Translations under genes and position numbers: made by a program
Assembly (NCBI GenBank): GCA_038131245.1
Contig: JAYPPA010000009.1
Span: forward strand, 6,215 to 70,214
Direction: 5' to 3'
Origin: Rickettsia sp.
Lineage (GTDB): Bacteria; Pseudomonadota; Alphaproteobacteria; Rickettsiales; UBA1997
DNA: 64,000 bases
Shown: one piece after another, positions 17,910 to 27,891 of the stretch
Position numbering within the stretch: position 1 is the stretch's first letter
How the letters are laid out: each line of letters starts with the position of its first letter
The notes under the pieces: generated by a model
Database searches by the model: none
The model's input: the letters and a program-made list of their open reading frames with translations, nothing else
What the model was told of the DNA's origin: nothing

Positions 17910-18149
17910 CTAAACGTTTTCTGAGATGTATTTAACAGCAGTACCTACTGTAGTGATTTTCTCAGCAGCATCATCAGGGATTTCTACACCGAACTCCTCT
18001 TCAAATGCCATAACAAGTTCAACTTGATCAAGGCTGTCTGCACCAAGATCGTCAATGAAACCAGCGGTTTCAGTAACTTTTGATTCTTCAACTCCAAGGT
18101 GATTGATAATAATCTTTTTCACTCTTTCAAAAATATCATTATTAGTCAT
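17910..18149 (-). CDS. acpP: Acyl carrier protein
   Basis: 79 aa with the phosphopantetheine site [12 protein letters not shown]. Confidence 0.95.
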   Translation of the reverse strand: MTNNDIFERVKKIIINHLGVEESKVTETAGFIDDLGADSLDQVELVMAFEEEFGVEIPDDAAEKITTVGTAVKYISENV

Positions 18150-18281
18150 AAAAACAAATATTTATTAATATTACAATAGATCAACGATCTATCTAAACAA
18201 GCTTTTAAAAGCTTTATATGTTATATATTATCCTATAAAATTTTAAAATCAAATAGAAAATGAGATTATAACATATTTAAT

Positions 18282-19208
18282 TTAAAAAGGCAAGATCGCC
18301 ATTATTTTATTATTGGAATTATTTTCGCTTCCAAAAAATGGTAAAGACCCCGAAAGTCTTTTAAATAGTGCGTCTTGTGGCTTTTCTAGGTCAACTTTTT
18401 TGACCTTAAGATCGCTTATATTTATTTTATATTTTTTATTAAGATGGACAATTGCTGAATTTTTATTGCCAATTTCATCAACTAAACCGATTTTTAAAGC
18501 TTGTCTGCCAGTAAAAACTCTTCCATCAAAGGCTATTGAATGATTGGAATCCTTTAATCTTTCGCCTCTTTCTTTTTTGACAAGGTCGAAGAAGAAATTC
18601 GCGCTATCTTTAATTGATGATTGAATGACTCTGTCGACAATTTCATTAGGTCTTTCAAACGGTGACGGGGTGGCTTTAAGCGGGGCTGATTTATAGGTTT
18701 TAAAATTAACACCAATTTTTTTTGCTAAGTCAACCATTTCTGCAGACTGCATTAAAACACCGATTGAACCAGTTAAAGTACCGTTATGAGCAATGATGTG
18801 ATCCGATGCAATAGCCACCATATATCCCCCAGAAGCAGCAACCGAATTCATTACAGCCACTATTGGTTTGCTTTTGGCGATATCTTTTAATTCACCATAA
18901 AGAATTTCACTGCCAACGATTGAGCCTCCAGGGCTGTTGATGTTGATTATTAGGGCTTTTACTGAAGAGTCTTCTTTGATTTTTTTTAGGATTTTACTGC
19001 GATATTCATTTTCAAAGATAGCTCCTTCGATTTCGATTTCAGCAATGTAAGAACCGGTCTCAATGCTTGGTGAAATTGACTCTTCAAAGAATGTTCGAAA
19101 AAGTAATATAACTATTATTGCAATTAACAAGATGGAAATATTCTTCCATTTGTAAACTTTGTCTTTTAAATGCGATAGAATTGCAAGATTATTTGATAAG
19201 TCAGACAT
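18282..19208 (-). CDS. sppA: Signal peptide peptidase SppA (36K type)
   Basis: N-terminal TM, then NSPGGS and AASGGYM motifs. Confidence 0.85.
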   Translation of the reverse strand: MSDLSNNLAILSHLKDKVYKWKNISILLIAIIVILLFRTFFEESISPSIETGSYIAEIEIEGAIFENEYRSKILKKIKEDSSVKALIININSPGGSIVGSEILYGELKDIAKSKPIVAVMNSVAASGGYMVAIASDHIIAHNGTLTGSIGVLMQSAEMVDLAKKIGVNFKTYKSAPLKATPSPFERPNEIVDRVIQSSIKDSANFFFDLVKKERGERLKDSNHSIAFDGRVFTGRQALKIGLVDEIGNKNSAIVHLNKKYKINISDLKVKKVDLEKPQDALFKRLSGSLPFFGSENNSNNKIMAILPF

Positions 19209-19326
19209 GCTAGCTATAGTTTATTGGTTATTATAAACTAATTATTGCATGTTTTTTGGTAAAAGTAAAGGGGAAATTAACCCTCACCTAATCACGAACT
19301 GTGTCGGTGGCTAGGTGAAGGTTTGG

Positions 19327-19346
19327 AAGGGGTTTTGAAGCCCCTT
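19327..19346 (-). terminator. Hairpin just downstream of the rpsA stop (AAGGGG-N8-CCCCTT); no clear U-tract
   Basis: aaggggttttgaagcccctt lies 9 nt from the stop. A second imperfect hairpin follows at 19281-19320. Confidence 0.35.
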
Positions 19347-19354
19347 AAATAAGA

Positions 19355-21121
19355 TTACTTACTTTCTTTTTCTTCTTTTTTCTCAGATTCTTTAGCGGCT
19401 TTACCTACTTGTTTAAGAAGATCGCCAGCCACATCACCGATAGTCTGTCCAGTTTGAGTATCAGAATAGATGTGAGCTTCTTTTTGCTCAGCTTCTAGTT
19501 CTTTTACTGAAAGAAGAATTTTTCCGCTAATCTTATTGAAAAGAGTAACTTTAGCTTCAATAATGTCGCCAACAGAATATTTATCAGTTCTTTGCTCAGC
19601 TTTAGATGAAGACAGATCAAGCCTTTTAATAACAGCTTTCAAGCCAAGATCAAGTTCAACTTCTATGAAGTCTTTTTTGACATTAACAACAGAACAAGAG
19701 ACAACTTGGTCAACGTCAAGTCTATCAAATTCTTTTTGGAAGTCTTTATTATCAAGCTGTCTTAGGCCAAGAGAAATTCTTTCTTTCTCGTGATTTGAAC
19801 CAAGAACCATGGCTTTGATTTTATCATCCTTTTTGAAGCTTTTCACGACTTCTTCTGGGTTGCCTTCTTCGGTAACGTCTGACATGTGAACAAGTCCGTC
19901 AACTCCGCTGTCAAAGCCGATAAATAGACCAAATTCAGTGTAATTTCTAACAACACCTTCGACGATATCACCAACTTTGTGGCTTTCAGAGAAGATCTGC
20001 CAAGGGTTTTTCTCACATTGCTTAATGCCAAGAGAAATTCTGTGGTTTTGTGGATTGATATCCAAGACCATAACTTCTACTTCTTGACCTTGAGCTAAGA
20101 ATTTGTTTGGTAAAGAGTTGTTTTTAAGCCAGCTCATTTCAGAAACATGGACAAGTCCTTCAATTCCTTTTTCGATTTCGATAAAGGCACCATAGTTAGT
20201 AAGGTTAGTTACTTGACCTTTAACAGTACTGCCGATTGGGTATTTTTCAGAAATAGATTCCCAAGGGTTTTTCTGTAATTGTTTCATGCCAAGTGATACA
20301 CGCTTAGTTTTTTCATCATATTTAATGACTTGAACGGTAACTTCTTGACCGATTTTAAGCACTTCTGATGGGTGACGAACACGGCACCAAGAGATATCGG
20401 TTAAGTGTAGTAGGCCGTCGAAACTTCCAAAGTCGATAAATGCACCGTAATCAGTGATATTTTTTACAACACCGTCTAGAGTGTCTCCAACTTGGATTTT
20501 AGCTAATACTTTATCTTTTTCAGCATTTCTTTGGATTTCTAGGATAGCTCTTCTAGATACAACGATATTACCTCTAATGTCGTCGATTTTAAGAACTTGA
20601 AGTTTTTCAACTTTATTAATCAAGAATTCATCATCAGTTATCAACATTGTGTCGACTTGACTTCTTGGTAAGAAACAGATAATTCCTTGATAATCAACAG
20701 CGTAACCACCTTTAACGCGACCAATAATTTCAGCCTCGATGTCGATTTTTTCTTCCATGCAAGTTCTTAGGTAATTCCAATTATTAAGCCTTCTAGCGTT
20801 TTCGCGGCTAATAATTAGGTCGCCTCTTCTATCTTCAAGGCGAAGCAAGAAGACGTCAACTACATCACCTACTTTTATGTCAGGGTCTCTTCTAAATTCG
20901 TTTGAGTCAATAAAACCAATTGATTTTGCACCAATGTCAACGGAAACTGAACGATCGTCAATTCCAACGATCACACCTTTTACAACATTTCCTTCTTTAA
21001 ATTTTTGACCTAGATTTTCAAATTCATCAAGTAAACTTGTGAAATCTTCTTGAGCGAAGATTGATTCTTGTTCAGCAATTTCTTTTACTAGTAATTCTTG
21101 TTTTTTTTCTTGTGCAGACAT
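19355..21121 (-). CDS. rpsA: 30S ribosomal protein S1
   Basis: 588 aa with six S1-domain repeats (recurring GxVxxItdfGaFvdl-type motifs). Confidence 0.95.
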   Translation of the reverse strand: MSAQEKKQELLVKEIAEQESIFAQEDFTSLLDEFENLGQKFKEGNVVKGVIVGIDDRSVSVDIGAKSIGFIDSNEFRRDPDIKVGDVVDVFLLRLEDRRGDLIISRENARRLNNWNYLRTCMEEKIDIEAEIIGRVKGGYAVDYQGIICFLPRSQVDTMLITDDEFLINKVEKLQVLKIDDIRGNIVVSRRAILEIQRNAEKDKVLAKIQVGDTLDGVVKNITDYGAFIDFGSFDGLLHLTDISWCRVRHPSEVLKIGQEVTVQVIKYDEKTKRVSLGMKQLQKNPWESISEKYPIGSTVKGQVTNLTNYGAFIEIEKGIEGLVHVSEMSWLKNNSLPNKFLAQGQEVEVMVLDINPQNHRISLGIKQCEKNPWQIFSESHKVGDIVEGVVRNYTEFGLFIGFDSGVDGLVHMSDVTEEGNPEEVVKSFKKDDKIKAMVLGSNHEKERISLGLRQLDNKDFQKEFDRLDVDQVVSCSVVNVKKDFIEVELDLGLKAVIKRLDLSSSKAEQRTDKYSVGDIIEAKVTLFNKISGKILLSVKELEAEQKEAHIYSDTQTGQTIGDVAGDLLKQVGKAAKESEKKEEKESK

Positions 21122-21288
21122 GTTTATCCTTCATTGACGAGGTCTAGTAACTCATCGGTTAATTTATATTTCACCTAAACTAGAAAAGGTGTTTTTATAG
21201 CTTGAAATAATATTATAGGGGATTTTATTTAAAATGTCAAGTAATTTTGAAAGTTTTTGGATTTTTTATTGAAATATTGAATATAAGC

Positions 21289-21303
21289 TGTTATAATATA
21301 ACA
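21289..21303. promoter_or_regulatory. Zur box (perfect 7-1-7 palindrome TGTTATAATATAACA) upstream of zur
   Basis: Matches the core of the proteobacterial Zur operator (aATGTTATAwTATAACATt). It lies 23 nt upstream of the zur ATG. The extended 19-mer is identical (reverse complement) to 24591-24609. Confidence 0.7.
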
Positions 21304-21325
21304 TTATAATTAATGTTGGCCAAAA

Positions 21326-21799
21326 ATGACGAAAAATTGCTCAGATCACGATAAATGCATAGAGGAAGCTCTTAATCAGGCTGATTTACTGTGTCTGGAG
21401 AATAATTTGCGCTTTACCTCCTTAAGGAAAAGGGTTTTTGAGATAATCTCTCAGAACCACAGTCCGATTAAGGCTTATGACATATTGAGTGACTTGCAAA
21501 AAGAGGACTCTTCAGCAAAACCGTCAACGGTCTATCGAACCTTAGATTTCCTACTGGAAAGCGGCTTAATTCACAAATTGCACAGCTCGAATAGTTATGC
21601 AGCCTGTAGCCACCCTGCTAAAAAACATGCTCAATGCTATTTTTTGATCTGCAATAAGTGTAATAATATCCAGGAATGCTGTAATAGCGGTGTTATTACT
21701 AAGGAGATTCACAATATTGCTGACAAAAATAGCTTTAAACCAAGTAATATTTCGATTGAGATTGATGGGGTTTGTGGCAAATGTGAAGCTTCTACTTAA
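21326..21799 (+). CDS. zur: Fur-family zinc uptake regulator (Zur)
   Basis: 157 aa. Winged-helix N-domain, a Cys/His-rich C-domain (CSHP...H..C, CNKC, CGKC), and its own Zur box upstream. Confidence 0.75.
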   Translation: MTKNCSDHDKCIEEALNQADLLCLENNLRFTSLRKRVFEIISQNHSPIKAYDILSDLQKEDSSAKPSTVYRTLDFLLESGLIHKLHSSNSYAACSHPAKKHAQCYFLICNKCNNIQECCNSGVITKEIHNIADKNSFKPSNISIEIDGVCGKCEAST

Positions 21800-22400
21800 T
21801 TACAAAACTAATTGGAATTATGATTCTATAAAGTTGGTGGTCATTAATCTCGTCTTTTGAGGCTTTTTTCATGTCGAATTTCCATTTTTTCAGGGTTTTA
21901 AGGGCTGAATTATCCAAAATAGAGTAGCCACTTGAGCTGTGAAGCTCGACATCGACAACATTTCCTTTTGAATCAGATATTGCGCAAACTTCTACTATTC
22001 CTTGGTAATTCCTTAATTTTGCCATTCTTGGATATGACGGAGTAGGATTTTGTTTTGAACCAATCTTGTAAATTTCTTTGCTATATGAAAGGTCGTTAAT
22101 TACTTGTTTTTTGGATGACTCTTTGTCTTTTTCATCTTCATTTTTAGTGTTATTTGAATTATCCGAAGAAGATTTAAGCGTGGGTATTTCATGTTTTTCA
22201 TCTTTTTTATGATCATGCGAGATTTTCTTTTTACTAGCATAGAGCCCTGAAATGTCTGGAGAAGAAACGATGCTGACGCTAATATTTACCTCTTGCTTAA
22301 CCGGCCTTGCAAGACTAAAGACAATGATTAGCGCCAAGATTAGGTGAAAAATCAGAGAAAGAACTAGCGGTGAATTGTACTTTTCTATTTTTTTTAACAT
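21792..22400 (-). CDS. tonB: Energy transducer TonB
   Basis: N-terminal TM anchor, charged spacer, and C-terminal TonB domain (YPRMAKLRNYQGIVEV...LKKWKF). Confidence 0.85.
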   Translation of the reverse strand: MLKKIEKYNSPLVLSLIFHLILALIIVFSLARPVKQEVNISVSIVSSPDISGLYASKKKISHDHKKDEKHEIPTLKSSSDNSNNTKNEDEKDKESSKKQVINDLSYSKEIYKIGSKQNPTPSYPRMAKLRNYQGIVEVCAISDSKGNVVDVELHSSSGYSILDNSALKTLKKWKFDMKKASKDEINDHQLYRIIIPISFVIK

Positions 22401-22422
22401 TGACTATTAAATATTAAATGAT

Positions 22423-22552
22423 ATTTTAAATAGTCATATTTTGAAGGATTTGTAGGCATTGAATATTTCTGGAATTTTAGTGTAGGTAAATCTACATGAA
22501 TTTCAGAAATATTGAATAACGCCAAAATCACCAAAATATGACTATTTAAAAT
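22423..22552. repeat. Long imperfect palindrome of about 130 bp (perfect 20-bp outer arms, nested inner arms)
   Basis: attttaaatagtcatatttt (22423-22442) pairs with aaaatatgactatttaaaat (22533-22552). Inner arms are attgaatatttctggaatt / aatttcagaaatattgaat, and the centre is tgtag-N6-ctaca. Confidence 0.8.
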
Positions 22553-24555
22553 GCGGTTCTTAAGCCAACCATAAACGATCTACCCATAAGTGGAGCCTGA
22601 TCCTTGATGAATGAGGTGTGATTTCGAGCCTCTTCGTTAAGAAGGTTGGTGGCTTTTACATATAGTAGTGAACTAGTTGGGCCAAAGTTTACTTCATAAT
22701 CCGCGCCAAGGTCTAGCATCCAAAATCCGTCAGTAGGACGCTCGTTTGCAGGAGTGTGTTTTTGCGAGAAGGTGTAGTCTGCGTCCAGCCTGAGGCTTAT
22801 TTTGCTATATTCGTAAATTGCACTGCCGCCTATTCTGGCTGGGGAAATGCGTGGTAAAGGTTCGCCGGTATTGCGATTTCTGGCTTCAACATAGTCACCC
22901 CTGGCTTCAAGATTTACTTTATGAGCGCCACTTTGGTAAGCGTCGAATAATGCTTTGACTTCTGCGCCGAAGAATTTTGCTGGCAAGTTCACATAGTTGT
23001 AAATTGGATTACCAGAATCAACATCGTTACTTCCTGATGCGGCTAAAGTTATAAAATCCTGGAAATTATTGTAGAAGAAGTTAACTTCGCCGGTGGCTGA
23101 GCCTTGTTCTTTACGAAATGAGAGGTCGACTCCGGTGGATTTTTGTACATTTATGTTTTTATTTCCAACTTCGAAAGTGCTGGTGGCGACATGGTTACCA
23201 TTGGCGTAAAGCTCTTGGGCATTTGGTGCGCGCTGTGTGTATGAAGTTGAAAGTGCTGCTGAATATTTTTCTGTTGGCTTGTAAACAAAGCCGATAGAGC
23301 CACTTGCGGTTGTGTCTTTTCGTGAATCAGCCACTCCAAAAGCAGTGCTTGACTCTTTGTCAATTTCTTGCATGTCGGCTCTTGCGCCAAGTTCTAAAGT
23401 GGTTGATCTGGTGACGGGGGCTTCTTCAAGAATAAAAACTGAATTGTTTCTAGTAGTGGTTGTTGGCAAGAAAGCCTCGTCACCAAGGGCCGAAAAGTCA
23501 CTTTTAGATGACTGAAGGCCAATGGCTCCTTCAAAGTCGCCGATTTTTTCATGAACGACTTCTATGCGACCGTCATAGCCATCATTTTTGAAAACGGTGC
23601 CGACTGTGCTTCCTTCGAACTCGGTGTGTTTATACTCGGAAATTCCTGCTTTGAATTTTACTTCTTTAATGGCGTTAATTGGCTTTTTATAAAGTCCAGC
23701 AAAATCGTACCGCGTTTGATCCATGTCAATAGTCACATTCGGCTCAGACACACTGCCATAGGCGTTTTCAAATCTGGTGATGGAGGCTCCGAAATAACCT
23801 TTATCATTGTCAAAGAATCTTGAAAGGCCGAAAGTTCCACCATTACTGTTGGTTTGACTATTTTTTAATTCGTTACGATCTTCTGTAGCAGCAGGAGATT
23901 CTCCGCGAAGCCTTTCAGATCTTGCAAAGCCAGGAATGTCAATGTCATCAGTGATGCGCTTAAAGCCATTAACATGCCAAGCGTAATTTTCGACTCCGCC
24001 TTCAAGCAAAATTGAACCGGAGCGCTCTTTATTGGCAGTATTATAGCGCACATCCGAAACACCAGTAACTGTTTCGTCGATTGGCTGGCTTGGGATGCGG
24101 TTATCGATGATGTTCACTACGCCGCCAACTGCTCTTGAGCCGTAAAGTAGAGCGGCTGGGCCTCGAACAACTTCAATTCTTTCAATGGTTAGTGGGTCAA
24201 TTGCAACATTATGATCAACGCTTACAGCCGAAGCATCGATATTACCCACGCCATTTTGTAAAACCATGATCTGATCTCCTTCTAGGCCGCGAATTACTGG
24301 GCGACTTGCGCCTGGGCCGAAGTAAGTTGAGCGAATTCCTGGTTCTTTAGACAGAGTCTCGCCTATTGTTGGTTGCGATTTACGCACTAGATCATCTCCG
24401 GCGAGCATGGTTACTGGCCTAGAAATTTCATTTGACGAGCGACCAAGTGGGTTAGCAGTGACCACAATTGAATCTAATTTTTTGGTATTATTAGCAAATG
24501 CGGTTGATGAAAATAATATTAATGAAATGATAATGGCAGTTTTAAAGCTCTTCAT
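22546..24555 (-). CDS. TonB-dependent outer-membrane receptor (candidate ZnuD-like zinc receptor)
   Basis: 669 aa. Signal peptide, TonB box DSIVVTA, plug plus barrel, and a terminal ...GLRTAF. A Zur box sits upstream. Confidence 0.9.
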   Translation of the reverse strand: MKSFKTAIIISLILFSSTAFANNTKKLDSIVVTANPLGRSSNEISRPVTMLAGDDLVRKSQPTIGETLSKEPGIRSTYFGPGASRPVIRGLEGDQIMVLQNGVGNIDASAVSVDHNVAIDPLTIERIEVVRGPAALLYGSRAVGGVVNIIDNRIPSQPIDETVTGVSDVRYNTANKERSGSILLEGGVENYAWHVNGFKRITDDIDIPGFARSERLRGESPAATEDRNELKNSQTNSNGGTFGLSRFFDNDKGYFGASITRFENAYGSVSEPNVTIDMDQTRYDFAGLYKKPINAIKEVKFKAGISEYKHTEFEGSTVGTVFKNDGYDGRIEVVHEKIGDFEGAIGLQSSKSDFSALGDEAFLPTTTTRNNSVFILEEAPVTRSTTLELGARADMQEIDKESSTAFGVADSRKDTTASGSIGFVYKPTEKYSAALSTSYTQRAPNAQELYANGNHVATSTFEVGNKNINVQKSTGVDLSFRKEQGSATGEVNFFYNNFQDFITLAASGSNDVDSGNPIYNYVNLPAKFFGAEVKALFDAYQSGAHKVNLEARGDYVEARNRNTGEPLPRISPARIGGSAIYEYSKISLRLDADYTFSQKHTPANERPTDGFWMLDLGADYEVNFGPTSSLLYVKATNLLNEEARNHTSFIKDQAPLMGRSFMVGLRTAF

Positions 24556-24592
24556 TTTTTAATTTATTTAATGTTTAATAAAAATTCCATAA

Positions 24593-24607
24593 TGTTATAT
24601 TATAACA
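24593..24607. promoter_or_regulatory. Zur box (TGTTATATTATAACA) upstream of the TonB-dependent receptor
   Basis: Perfect 7-1-7 palindrome 38 nt upstream of the receptor ATG; same sequence as 21289-21303. Confidence 0.7.
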
Positions 24608-24641
24608 TAACATTTTAAATGTCAAGCATATTTTTTAAATA

Positions 24642-24666
24642 ATACTTGACTTTTTAAGTTGGTTAT
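24642..24666 (+). promoter_or_regulatory. IscR type-1 binding site overlapping the iscR -35
   Basis: ATACTTGACTTTTTAAGTTGGTTAT matches 21 of 25 positions of the consensus ATASYYGACTRWWWYAGTCRRSTAT (hand count). Confidence 0.55.
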
Positions 24667-24674
24667 TATATAAT
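24646..24674 (+). promoter_or_regulatory. Sigma70 promoter of the isc operon
   Basis: TTGACT, then a 17-nt spacer, then TATAAT, 38 nt upstream of iscR. Confidence 0.6.
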
Positions 24675-24711
24675 TAAATATATAGATGTTGATAAAAAAG
24701 GTAAAAATTTT

Positions 24712-25152
24712 ATGATTTTAACAACAAAAGGAAGATATGCGGTTACCGCAGTAATAGATTTGTACGAAATATTAGAGTCTGATGCTGCGCCAAAGGCAGT
24801 TAGACTTGAGTCGATCGCTAAGAGACAAGGTATTTCCTTGGCTTATTTAGAGCAAATCTTCTCAAATTTGAAGAAATATGATATAGTTGACTCTAAAAAA
24901 GGCCCTGGTGGGGGTTATTTCTTAAAAAAAGAACCAGAAAACATCATGGTTAGCGATATAATTGCTGCGACTGGGGAAAATATCAAAATGACCTCATGTT
25001 CAATTGGGTCTGAGGCTGGGTGTGGATCTAAGGCTGCTGAACCTGGTTCAAAATGTAAAACTCATAGACTTTGGAAGGGATTAGAGAATAATATTAATAA
25101 ATATTTAGGGTCGATTTCGATTTTAGATATACACAACAATGATTACGCCTAA
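24712..25152 (+). CDS. iscR: Rrf2-family Fe-S cluster regulator IscR
   Basis: 146 aa. Rrf2 helix-turn-helix, three cluster-ligand Cys (CSIGSEAGCGSKAAEPGSKC), and first position in the isc operon. Confidence 0.9.
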   Translation: MILTTKGRYAVTAVIDLYEILESDAAPKAVRLESIAKRQGISLAYLEQIFSNLKKYDIVDSKKGPGGGYFLKKEPENIMVSDIIAATGENIKMTSCSIGSEAGCGSKAAEPGSKCKTHRLWKGLENNINKYLGSISILDIHNNDYA

Positions 25153-25155
25153 AAT

Positions 25156-26268
25156 ATGGTAAATGTAATTAATTTTGATAACAATGCGACAACTAAGCTT
25201 TGTAAAGAGGCTTTGAAATACATGTTGGAGGTCTATGAGTATAGCTACAACCCTTCTGCTTCGCATTCTTTGGGGCGTGAGGCTGCGATGATTGTTGAGA
25301 ATGCTCGCTTGAATGCATCTGAGGCTTTGAACGGGGCTAATTATGATGTTTTTTTTACCGGTGGCGGGACTGAGGCGAATAATATGGCGCTTTTTGGTGA
25401 TGATTATGAGGAGATTTTATTTACCAAATTTGAGCATAGCTCGATTTATAATACTCGTCCGAAGGGTGCTAGGATTACTGAAATTGGGGTTTGTGAGGAT
25501 GGTGTAATTGATATTGAGGAGTTAAAGCGCAAGATTGAGGACCTTAAGGGTAAGAATTTTTTGGTTTCGGTGATGTATGCCAACAGCGAAACTGGGGTTA
25601 TTCAGCCTTTAAAGGAGATTGCGCAGCTTGTTCATCAAAAAGGTGGACTTGTACACTCTGATTTGGTGCAGGCTTGCGGTAAAATTGAGGTTGATTTAGA
25701 GGATTTAAATGTTGATTTTGCCTCTGTTTCTTCGCATAAAATCAATGGTCCACAGGGCGTTGGGGCTTTATTTGTGAGGCGCGGACTTGATATTAAGCCG
25801 ATTATTTTTGGCGGTGGACAAGAAAGAGGCAAAAGGAGTGGAAGCTTGAATGTGGCTGGGGTTGCTGGTTTTGGGTTTTGCATGACAAAATTGCCTGAAA
25901 AGCTGAAAAAACTGGAAAAAGTGGCTAAAATAAGGGATTTTATTGAAGATGAGGTGAAAAAAATGGCTGGAGGTAATGTGAGGATTTTTGGCGAAAATGC
26001 CAATCGGACGAAAAATACGAGCTTTTTTGCTTTAAAAGGTGCAGATAGTCAAACGCAAATGATTCATTTTGATTTGAATGGAATTGCGGTGAGTGGTGGC
26101 TCGGCCTGCTCTTCTGGCTCAACTAAACCTTCAAGAGTTATTGAAGCGATGGGGGTTGACAAAGAATTTACAAGCGCAATTAGAGTGAGTTTATGCGCGG
26201 AAAATACGATGGAAGAAGCGAAGAAATTTTTGGAAGTTTTAAGGAATTATTATAATAAAATTAAATAA
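25156..26268 (+). CDS. NifS-like cysteine desulfurase (class V aminotransferase)
   Basis: 370 aa. PLP lysine in [10 protein letters not shown] and catalytic Cys in SGGSACSSG. Confidence 0.85.
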   Translation: MVNVINFDNNATTKLCKEALKYMLEVYEYSYNPSASHSLGREAAMIVENARLNASEALNGANYDVFFTGGGTEANNMALFGDDYEEILFTKFEHSSIYNTRPKGARITEIGVCEDGVIDIEELKRKIEDLKGKNFLVSVMYANSETGVIQPLKEIAQLVHQKGGLVHSDLVQACGKIEVDLEDLNVDFASVSSHKINGPQGVGALFVRRGLDIKPIIFGGGQERGKRSGSLNVAGVAGFGFCMTKLPEKLKKLEKVAKIRDFIEDEVKKMAGGNVRIFGENANRTKNTSFFALKGADSQTQMIHFDLNGIAVSGGSACSSGSTKPSRVIEAMGVDKEFTSAIRVSLCAENTMEEAKKFLEVLRNYYNKIK

Positions 26269-26270
26269 CA

Positions 26271-27479
26271 ATGAAATTACCGATTTATTTAGATTACCAG
26301 TCAACAACACCGATCGATCCAAGAGTTGTGAAGAAAATTACCGATGTCATGACAAATGATTTTGGAAATCCACATTCTAGGTCGCATGAATATGGCTGGA
26401 AAGCGGAAGAAATCGTGGAAATTGCGCGTGGCCATGTGGCTGATTTGATTGGGGCGAATAAAAAAGAGGTGTTTTTTACTTCTGGGGCGACTGAGTCGAA
26501 TAATGCGGCGATTAAAGGTGTGGCGCGTTTTTATAAAGATAAAAAGAATCACATAGTGACACTTGCAACTGAACATAAATGCGTGATAAATTCAGCTCGA
26601 GATTTAGAACAGGAAGGTTTTGAGGTGACTTTTTTACCGGTGCAGAAAAATGGGCTTGTTGATCTTGAGTTGCTTGAAAAGACTATTACCGACAAAACAG
26701 CGATTGTGTCAATTATGGCGGTAAATAATGAGATTGGCGTGATTCAGCCGCTTAAGGAAATTGGGGCGCTATGTCGCAAGAAAGGTGCGTTTTTTCATAC
26801 TGATGCGGCTCAGGCGTTTGGGAAAATTGAGCTTGATGTTAATGAGATGAATATTGATTTAATGAGTATTTCTGGACATAAAATTTATGGACCAAAGGGA
26901 ATTGGAGCGCTTTTTGTTCGCAGAAAACCAAGAGTTCGCTTGAAGCCGATTATTTCTGGTGGTGGCCAGGAAAGAGGGATTCGTTCTGGGACTTTGCCGA
27001 CTTCTTTGGTGGCTGGGCTTGGTGAGGCTGCGCGGCTGGCGAAGCTTGAGATGAAGGAAAATTATGAGCACATAAAGAAGCTTAGCGATAAGTTTTATGA
27101 TGCGATAATGGAAATTCCGAAGATTTATTTGAATGGCGACCGTGAAGCGCGGTTTCCTGGTAATTTGAATTTGAGTTTTGCTGGAATTGAGGGTGAATCG
27201 ATGATTATGGCGATTAAGGATTTGGCGGTTTCTAGTGGGTCTGCTTGTACTTCGGCGAGCTTGGAGCCATCATATGTGCTACATGCGCTTGGTCTTGATG
27301 ATGATTTGGCGCATACTTCGATTCGCTTTGGAATTGGGAAATTTACGACTGAAGAAGAGATTGATTTTGCAATAAAGGTTGTGAAGTCAAAGGTTCAGAA
27401 GCTTCGCGATCTTTCGCCTTTATGGGAAATGATTGAGGAAGGAATTGATATTAATTCAATTCAATGGAAATCACATTAA
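26271..27479 (+). CDS. iscS: Cysteine desulfurase IscS
   Basis: 402 aa. Motifs [18 protein letters not shown] and [17 protein letters not shown]. Confidence 0.95.
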   Translation: MKLPIYLDYQSTTPIDPRVVKKITDVMTNDFGNPHSRSHEYGWKAEEIVEIARGHVADLIGANKKEVFFTSGATESNNAAIKGVARFYKDKKNHIVTLATEHKCVINSARDLEQEGFEVTFLPVQKNGLVDLELLEKTITDKTAIVSIMAVNNEIGVIQPLKEIGALCRKKGAFFHTDAAQAFGKIELDVNEMNIDLMSISGHKIYGPKGIGALFVRRKPRVRLKPIISGGGQERGIRSGTLPTSLVAGLGEAARLAKLEMKENYEHIKKLSDKFYDAIMEIPKIYLNGDREARFPGNLNLSFAGIEGESMIMAIKDLAVSSGSACTSASLEPSYVLHALGLDDDLAHTSIRFGIGKFTTEEEIDFAIKVVKSKVQKLRDLSPLWEMIEEGIDINSIQWKSH

Positions 27480-27510
27480 TTTAAATTTATTTTAACTTAA
27501 ATAAAAAACT

Positions 27511-27891
27511 ATGGCATATTCAAAAAAATTATTAGAACATTACGAAAATCCAAAAAATGTTGGATCTTTTGGTAAAGAAGAATCTGGTGTTGGGACTGGT
27601 TTGGTTGGGGCTCCGGCTTGTGGGGATGTGATGAAATTGCAAATAAAAGTCGAGGACGGCGTTATTAAAGATGCTAAATTCAAGACTTTTGGTTGTGGTT
27701 CGGCGATTGCTTCTAGTTCGCTTGCTACTGAATGGATTAAAGGGCAAAATATTGATGAGGCTGAAAAAATTACGAATAAAGAGATTAGTCAGGAGCTTTC
27801 TTTGCCGCCGGTAAAAATTCACTGTTCGGTTTTGGCTGAAGAAGCTATTAAAGCGGCGATCGAGGACTATAGAAAAAATAATGCTAATTAA
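27511..27891 (+). CDS. iscU: Fe-S cluster scaffold IscU
   Basis: Motifs GAPACGDVMKL, FGCGSAIASSS and IHCSVLAE. Confidence 0.95.
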   Translation: MAYSKKLLEHYENPKNVGSFGKEESGVGTGLVGAPACGDVMKLQIKVEDGVIKDAKFKTFGCGSAIASSSLATEWIKGQNIDEAEKITNKEISQELSLPPVKIHCSVLAEEAIKAAIEDYRKNNAN

